This document shows positions 58,285-64,000 of a DNA stretch of 64,000 nucleotides, piece after piece. The position numbers and the translations under genes were made by a program. Source of the stretch: Elsinoe ampelina (taxonomy: Eukaryota); NCBI GenBank assembly GCA_010093995.1, contig ML992528.1, forward strand, positions 1-64,000, read 5' to 3'. The notes under the pieces are model-generated. The model saw nothing but the letters and a program-made list of their open reading frames with translations. It was not told the origin of the DNA and did no database searches. Numbering within the stretch: position 1 is the stretch's first letter; each line of letters starts with the position of its first letter.

Positions 58285-59292
58285 TTACAACCTGATGCGC
58301 TTCCGATCCCCATCCTTGTCGCCTGATCTTTGCCTCTTCTTTTCCTGTTCTTCCTTGTCACGAAGCATGACCCTCTCTAGCTCACTCATCTTCTTGGGCT
58401 GATCCACTACAGCCACCTTCTTCTGCTTGAGAGGGTTGGACCTTGAAGAGAACACATTGACCGGCTTCGACTTTTGAGCTGCGCCTCCAAAGCTGATTGA
58501 CATGGGCTTCGATTCCTCTGTCGTGGTCGGTCCGTTGGTATCCTTGGCTGCCGTCCTAGGCGATGCATCCTCTTTACTTCTAGGCTGTCCAGCTGTCTCA
58601 ATCTCCGTTGCTGGTTTGGACTTGGGCTCGTCGTCTTTCGAGCCATTTCCGAGTTTCGGGGCCGTAAGACTGAAGCTGATCGGTCCATCGTCCTTGCGCT
58701 CAAACGTCGACTCGGTCGGTTCGATGCCACCGTCTCCCTTTTTCTGCTCCTGCGCCCTCTTGATCTGCGCCTCTAGCATCCTAGTTTGCCGTTCCTCGTC
58801 GCCCTTCTCCATTCGATCTTTCCGCAAAACTGCCTCGCGTCTCCTTAACGCTTCCGGACTGTCATCCACCCACGCAATTTCCAGACCGCGCTCCCCCTCT
58901 TCAACACGGCATATACCCTCCCTACCCAGGTATTTGACAAACTCGGTCAAGCTTGGCCATCGCGTTGCATTCATGTGTATGTGACTTTTCTCAGCGATGT
59001 ATTCCTGGTAGAAGTGGTTTGCGTGTACTTTTTTCTCCCCATGAGCCGTTCGTAATAAGCGGAGGAAGTCCTTCTTGAACTGATCCGAGTAGTTGCTGAT
59101 GAATTTGCGACTGTTCTCGCCAACGACCTGCATATTTCGATTATGTGCCTCTGACAGACAGTGCTGCTTGAATCCGTTTTCGTCTCGCATTTGTCGTTCG
59201 CAAACCTGGCAGTACCATCGCAGGCGCTGCAATCCCTTTTGTTTCATATTGTTGGAGAGCCATTTTGTACTGCCTACCTCTGCTTTAGGCAT
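58285..59292 (-). CDS. RTS2: KIN17/Rts2 zinc-finger nucleic-acid-binding protein
   Basis: MPKAEVGSTKWLSN.MK.KGLQRLRWYCQVCERQMRDENGFKQH and HIHMNATRWPSLTEF. Confidence 0.92.
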   Translation of the reverse strand: MPKAEVGSTKWLSNNMKQKGLQRLRWYCQVCERQMRDENGFKQHCLSEAHNRNMQVVGENSRKFISNYSDQFKKDFLRLLRTAHGEKKVHANHFYQEYIAEKSHIHMNATRWPSLTEFVKYLGREGICRVEEGERGLEIAWVDDSPEALRRREAVLRKDRMEKGDEERQTRMLEAQIKRAQEQKKGDGGIEPTESTFERKDDGPISFSLTAPKLGNGSKDDEPKSKPATEIETAGQPRSKEDASPRTAAKDTNGPTTTEESKPMSISFGGAAQKSKPVNVFSSRSNPLKQKKVAVVDQPKKMSELERVMLRDKEEQEKKRQRSGDKDGDRKRIRL

Positions 59293-59518
59293 ATTGACCG
59301 TGAAATCACAAAAGATTACTTGTGAGAACAGACGTCTGATTTGGCCGGGAAAAGTGAAGTTGTCGATAAGTGCTCCGCCCGCCTGGGACTGCCGTTTTAG
59401 GAAGTCGAGAATGCTTATGTAATCGCACTTGCGGAGGCTTTCGCAAAATCTACCTCCACTACCGTCACTGGAGAATTGATCACGGATAGCACAACTGACG
59501 TCTTGACAATCACTCAAG

Positions 59519-59802
59519 ATGCCTGTGAGTACACCATACAAGACGGACGATGCGATGAACTCATCATGTTTGTCCCCGCGACTGCCCGACTGACACCCTC
59601 GATAGTCCCACAAGTCATTCCGCACCAAGCAGAAGCTGGCAAAGGCCCAGAAGCAGAACCGTCCTATCCCACAATGGATCCGCCTTAGGACTGGCAACAC
59701 CGTACGATCAACGATGAGCGAAACTGCGATGCCTGCTAATCAAAACAGATCCGCTACAACGCGAAGCGAAGGCACTGGAGGAAGACTCGCATCGGCATCT
59801 AG
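59519..59802 (+). CDS. RPL39: 60S ribosomal protein L39 (absent from the ORF track)
   Basis: Exons 59519-59524, 59606-59701 and 59749-59802 give [51 protein letters not shown]. Confidence 0.97.
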
Positions 59803-60051
59803 ACAACTCGACCCGGCGCACCATTTTCTTTTGCGACTGCGATACACCGACTGCAAATACAGCGATCACAACCGATCACCTTGCTCGGATGATGAAGGAT
59901 GTGGAACGGTGGGCAAGCTGAACTTCCGGATGGGCAAAGACTCCCGATGGAGAAGAGCATGGCATGATCACAAGGCGTTCGAAAATGGAATGAATCTTTG
60001 ATCAACATGTCTATTTCTTGGGTATCGTGCGAGTCTGCCAGGTCTATGAGT

Positions 60052-61043
60052 CTATGCAGGCATTTCTGTGTCCCTCGTGCGTTGTTTCAGCCCAAACCTT
60101 GGAGGGTATTCTGTGTCGACCACCAACAGCCTTTCCTCTGCTCTTCCAAGCATGTCCCAGATCTTCAACTCGCCGTCTTTGATACCCATGACGCAGCTGG
60201 TGCCTGCGAACCCAACAACGCTCTCTCCCTGCTCGTCAATCCCCCTCGTCACACCATCCACCTTCCCCGGCTCAATCCCACACCTATTCGCAAAGACAAC
60301 CACCACCTCCTCCCTTCCCATCTTCTCCAGCACCGGCTTGAACCTCGCCACCCAGTAATTCAGCGTATCAGAATCCGGCGCATTTGGATTCGCCAACAGA
60401 TCCCCCGGCATCATACTCGTCAACCAAGCCGTGCTCAGTACTACCAGTCCCGCTTCATTCTCCACACAATGCGTCGCAAACTCGTACTTCTCCCACTCGG
60501 TCTGAAATTTGTACGGATTGATATCCATGCAAATCCCCATCGCCACTTTTGAGAATTCCCCCCACCCCTCGATCTCAGTGGATAAGAACCCCTGCCCTTC
60601 CTCCGCCCACGTCTCGTCCGTGTAGTAGAGAAACGACTTGCGGTAATGCGCCACCACTTCTCCTGCGGGCGACACCGTGACGAGGGAATTGTAGTTCTTC
60701 CCCTCCTCCCCAGACCGTGTGGAGCGCTCAGGGTAGCCTACGCATACGTGGCATTGTAGTCTTTGCGCTGTGCGGATGGCCCATTCCGTTGATGGTCCGG
60801 ATGAAGTGGGTTCGAGGAAAGGAAGAATAGAGGAGAGATCGGGGAAGGAGTAGCCTACCTTTTGGATCAGGATGGAGTGGGCAAGGTGATGGTAGGGCAC
60901 CTACCGGTGAAGGCCATCTCCGGGAGCACGAGGAGGTCTAGAGACGGGAGGTTGGTGGTGGTGGCGAGGAGGGCATCGGCGCGGGCGATGTTTTGGTCGC
61001 GTTCGCCTAGTTTGGGGGCGAATTGGAGGGTGGCTATCTTCAT
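60052..61043 (-). CDS. NTA1: Protein N-terminal amidase (carbon-nitrogen hydrolase family)
   Basis: MKIATLQFAPKLGE, LVLPEMAFTG|YSF across an intron, YRKSFLYYTDETWA, GICMDINPYKF and FANRCGIE. Confidence 0.9.
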
Positions 61044-61396
61044 GTTTGCAGGGGGAATATATCTGTGGTCAGTCTGAATCAGATTTGTGCAATCGCTGCG
61101 TTTATAATGTTAGTCCATTGATAGACATACACAATTTGAGGTATACGCAAATGTTCATGGTGCGAGTGGTGATGGCAAGCAGAGTTGCTGGCCTCGCTTG
61201 AAAGCGGAAGCAGCTTCGGAGTGACGACATGCTCTCAAATGTTTGCAGCACTTCCACCAACCTAGTCCGATACCTCATCACTCGCCAATTCCTCCACCAC
61301 ACACGGCATAGCTTTCAGGAATGGTTGGGTTCCAGCGCTATCTAATGGCACCATGAAAGTCACAAGCGACAGATCTGGAGGAGTAATTGCACAAGC

Positions 61397-64000
61397 ATGT
61401 CAGGCAAGAGGCTGCTTGATGCAGCTCGATTCTATGGAGCTCTCCGAACGGTAGCAAAAACGCATTTCGCAATTCGCTCGCGGCAATTGGACACGTTCTC
61501 GAAGACGTCGAGTCTTGCAAAAGCAGTGAAGAGTCAGACAGATCGTGTAACTGTCACGGCTGGAGCTGCATATGCTTTGGCAAGGAGATTGAGCGAGAAT
61601 GCGCCTGCGTACTCCACGAATGGTGCGCCCACTGGCTACAGTACAGGCGCATCGATACCGCGGCAAGATGCAGGTCATACTGGTTCCCCCGCGACATCAA
61701 GCGCAGTTGGGTTGGAGCAAGACCACCACTACAAACGATCTGAGGGCAATGCTGTGCAAGAGGAGGCTCCGACGGAGAGTATTGAGGTGACTCAGGAGAA
61801 GGCACAACGATACCCTCTGCCAGATGGTACTATACCGCCTGAAGGCGCGCCGGTGGAAGGGGTGCCCTCTCCTGGTCAGGACACACTGAATGAGCGTGTC
61901 AGGGAAGCACCCCAAGATCCGCTCCAGCATGATGGCAATCACCCCGGACTGGACATTGGACAGAAAGAGGCCGAGCGCGATGCCCTCACTGATGGCAGCA
62001 TACCACCCAAGGATGCTCCCATCGGCAAAGGACCCGAGGTCGGTGGGGAGGATACTTTTGCGGACAGACCTGATCCTGAACCCCAAAAGCAACCTCTTAC
62101 GCAGCAGCATGAATCCGAATCTCAATTGGAGCCTCGAGGATCTGGTCAGTCTACTATCCCTGATCCTTCACTGGCAGCTAGGAAAGCACAACAGCTGTCA
62201 GAGATGCAAATACCATCTGAATCTGCCAACGAACAATCGGGGAGCACTAGCGCAGACACATTTGCGGAGCGGCCCCGGACGACTGCGACCACTCTATCAT
62301 CCTTACCTCGATCGAAGATTCCGAAGCATGCAGAAACGAGTGAGGGTACTGAGAGCATCGGGGGACAAAGCATCAATCAGGATGTGTACTACACACCATC
62401 GCCGGATAGCAGGCGTGACTCTATGCTGGACAAGGATATTCCTGACGGCGTAGATGTCAATGTGTTTCATAGTCCGCAAGTAGCATCCCTGATCAACAGC
62501 GGAGGTCGAGACGACAGGAGGAAGGCTTATGAAGCGAAGGTGAAAGCTGCAAAGGAGAAATCTGGTGCAAAAACGGTCCAGTCTGAATCTGTCGCCAACC
62601 GAGGACCTCTTTGGGGCGAAGGCGATGTTGTGCGGGACGAGTCAGATCGAGTGATCAATCCCATCAGACCGCAAGACGATGAGGCGAAGGATACTCGGGA
62701 TCTTGCAAAGTCTATCGCAGAGGAGGCCAAGCAGCAAGAGGTGAGCATGTTATACATGATCGACTCATGGAGCTGATACTGACAGTATAGTGATAGACGC
62801 AAGAAGCCATAGCCACAGAGGAGCCAATCTCGAGGCACCAATTGCATGAATCAAGAGTGCCATCTTCTCGACTTGGCCGAATCTGGCAGTTTGCTGGACT
62901 TGGGACAAGTATGGCCCTGGGCGCTGTCGGAGAGACCTTCCGGCGGGCCACTGGTAGCGGTACTGATGGGTCTATCATGCTCAGCGAAGCCAATATGGAA
63001 CGTCTTGTCAGCAAGCTCTCCCGCATGAGGGGTGCAGCGCTTAAACTGGGACAAATGATGAGCTTTCAGGACTCCAAGCTACTTCCACCCGCCATCAATG
63101 CTGTCCTACAACGAGTTCAGGACAGCGCCGACTATATGCCACCATCGCAACGCAACAAAGTGCTCGCCAGCAATCTTGGAGACAATTGGAAGGACCTCTT
63201 CTCGTCATTCGATGATGTGCCGATCGCCGCTGCGTCAATCGGGCAAGTTCACAAGGCTGTGCTTGAATCCAATGGACAGACAGTCGCTGTCAAGGTGCAA
63301 TATCCCGGCGTGCGAGACTCCATCACTTCCGATCTGAACAACCTCTCGCTTCTACTGACTGCATCGCGACTCTTGCCGAAAGGTCTTTACCTTGACAAGA
63401 CCATTGCGAATGCAAAGACGGAACTGGCATGGGAATGCGACTATGAACGGGAGGCAGCTTGCGGTCAGCGATTCGCTCAGCTTTGTCGGGACGAGGGGGA
63501 CGTCTTCACGGTGCCGACAGTCTATACCAAAGCAAGTGGAGGGGAAGTTCTCACGGCACAATTCATGCACGGCACAGGAGTCACCAAGATCAAGGACCTG
63601 AAACAGTCAGAGAGAGACTGGATAGGAACCCAGATTCTCCGACTATGCCTGCGAGAGCTGATGGAGTGGCGATTCATGCAGACTGATCCGAATTGGACGA
63701 ATTTCCTCTACAACAGGAAGAGTAAGAAATTGGAGCTGCTTGACTTTGGTGCCAGCAGGGAGTACCCAGAGCATTTCGTCAGACCATATGTTGAGCTGCT
63801 CATCGCTGCCAGCAAGAAGGACAGAGACGTCTGTCGAGAGAAGAGTATCGAGCTTGGCTACCTGACTGGGCATGAGAGTAAAGCCATGTTGAATGCTCAC
63901 GTCGACAGCATCTTGACACTTGCCGAACCCTTCATGGAAGACGCGAACCTCGAAGATGGGATGTATGACTTCCAGGACCAAACCATCACAGACAGAGTGA
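61397..64000 (+). CDS. COQ8: ABC1/COQ8 atypical kinase, mitochondrial (3' end outside window)
   Basis: Mitochondrial-targeting-like start, intron from ~62741, then ESRVPSSRLGR, KLSRMRGAALKLGQ, PIAAASIGQVH, VAVKVQYPG, MQTDPNWTNF and LLDFGA. Confidence 0.92.

Noticed and set aside
59293..59700. 136-aa N-terminal extension of KIN17 in the ORF track
   Set aside because: It uses a non-ATG start, overlaps RPL39 on the opposite strand, and the conserved protein begins at MPKAEVG.

Overview
Gene-dense, intron-containing DNA from a filamentous ascomycete; the gene content and short 45-100 nt GT-AG introns suggest a Dothideomycete, which is an inference. About 30 protein-coding genes are supported. 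Housekeeping genes include RIX1, YPP1-like, RIT1, BRE1, BDP1, an OCRL-type inositol 5-phosphatase, DCP1, EPL1, a SETD6/RKM4-like methyltransferase, KAE1, an AMPK beta subunit, KIN17/RTS2, RPL39 (missed by the ORF track), NTA1 and a partial COQ8. Accessory genes include a 12-Cys secreted effector candidate beside an AT-rich RIP-like edge, two SRPK-like kinases flanking a small CaaX-tailed protein, a FunK1 kinase convergent with a HeLo-like/ZZ protein, four tandem F-box-like genes and a P450. The standout is at 19755-20032 (minus strand): a complete 82-nt tRNA-Leu(CAA) split into five pieces by one canonical tRNA intron plus three GT-AG spliceosomal-type introns in the D loop, T stem and T loop. 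It has an upstream TATA palindrome and a downstream T5 terminator. All calls were made by eye; no searches were run.
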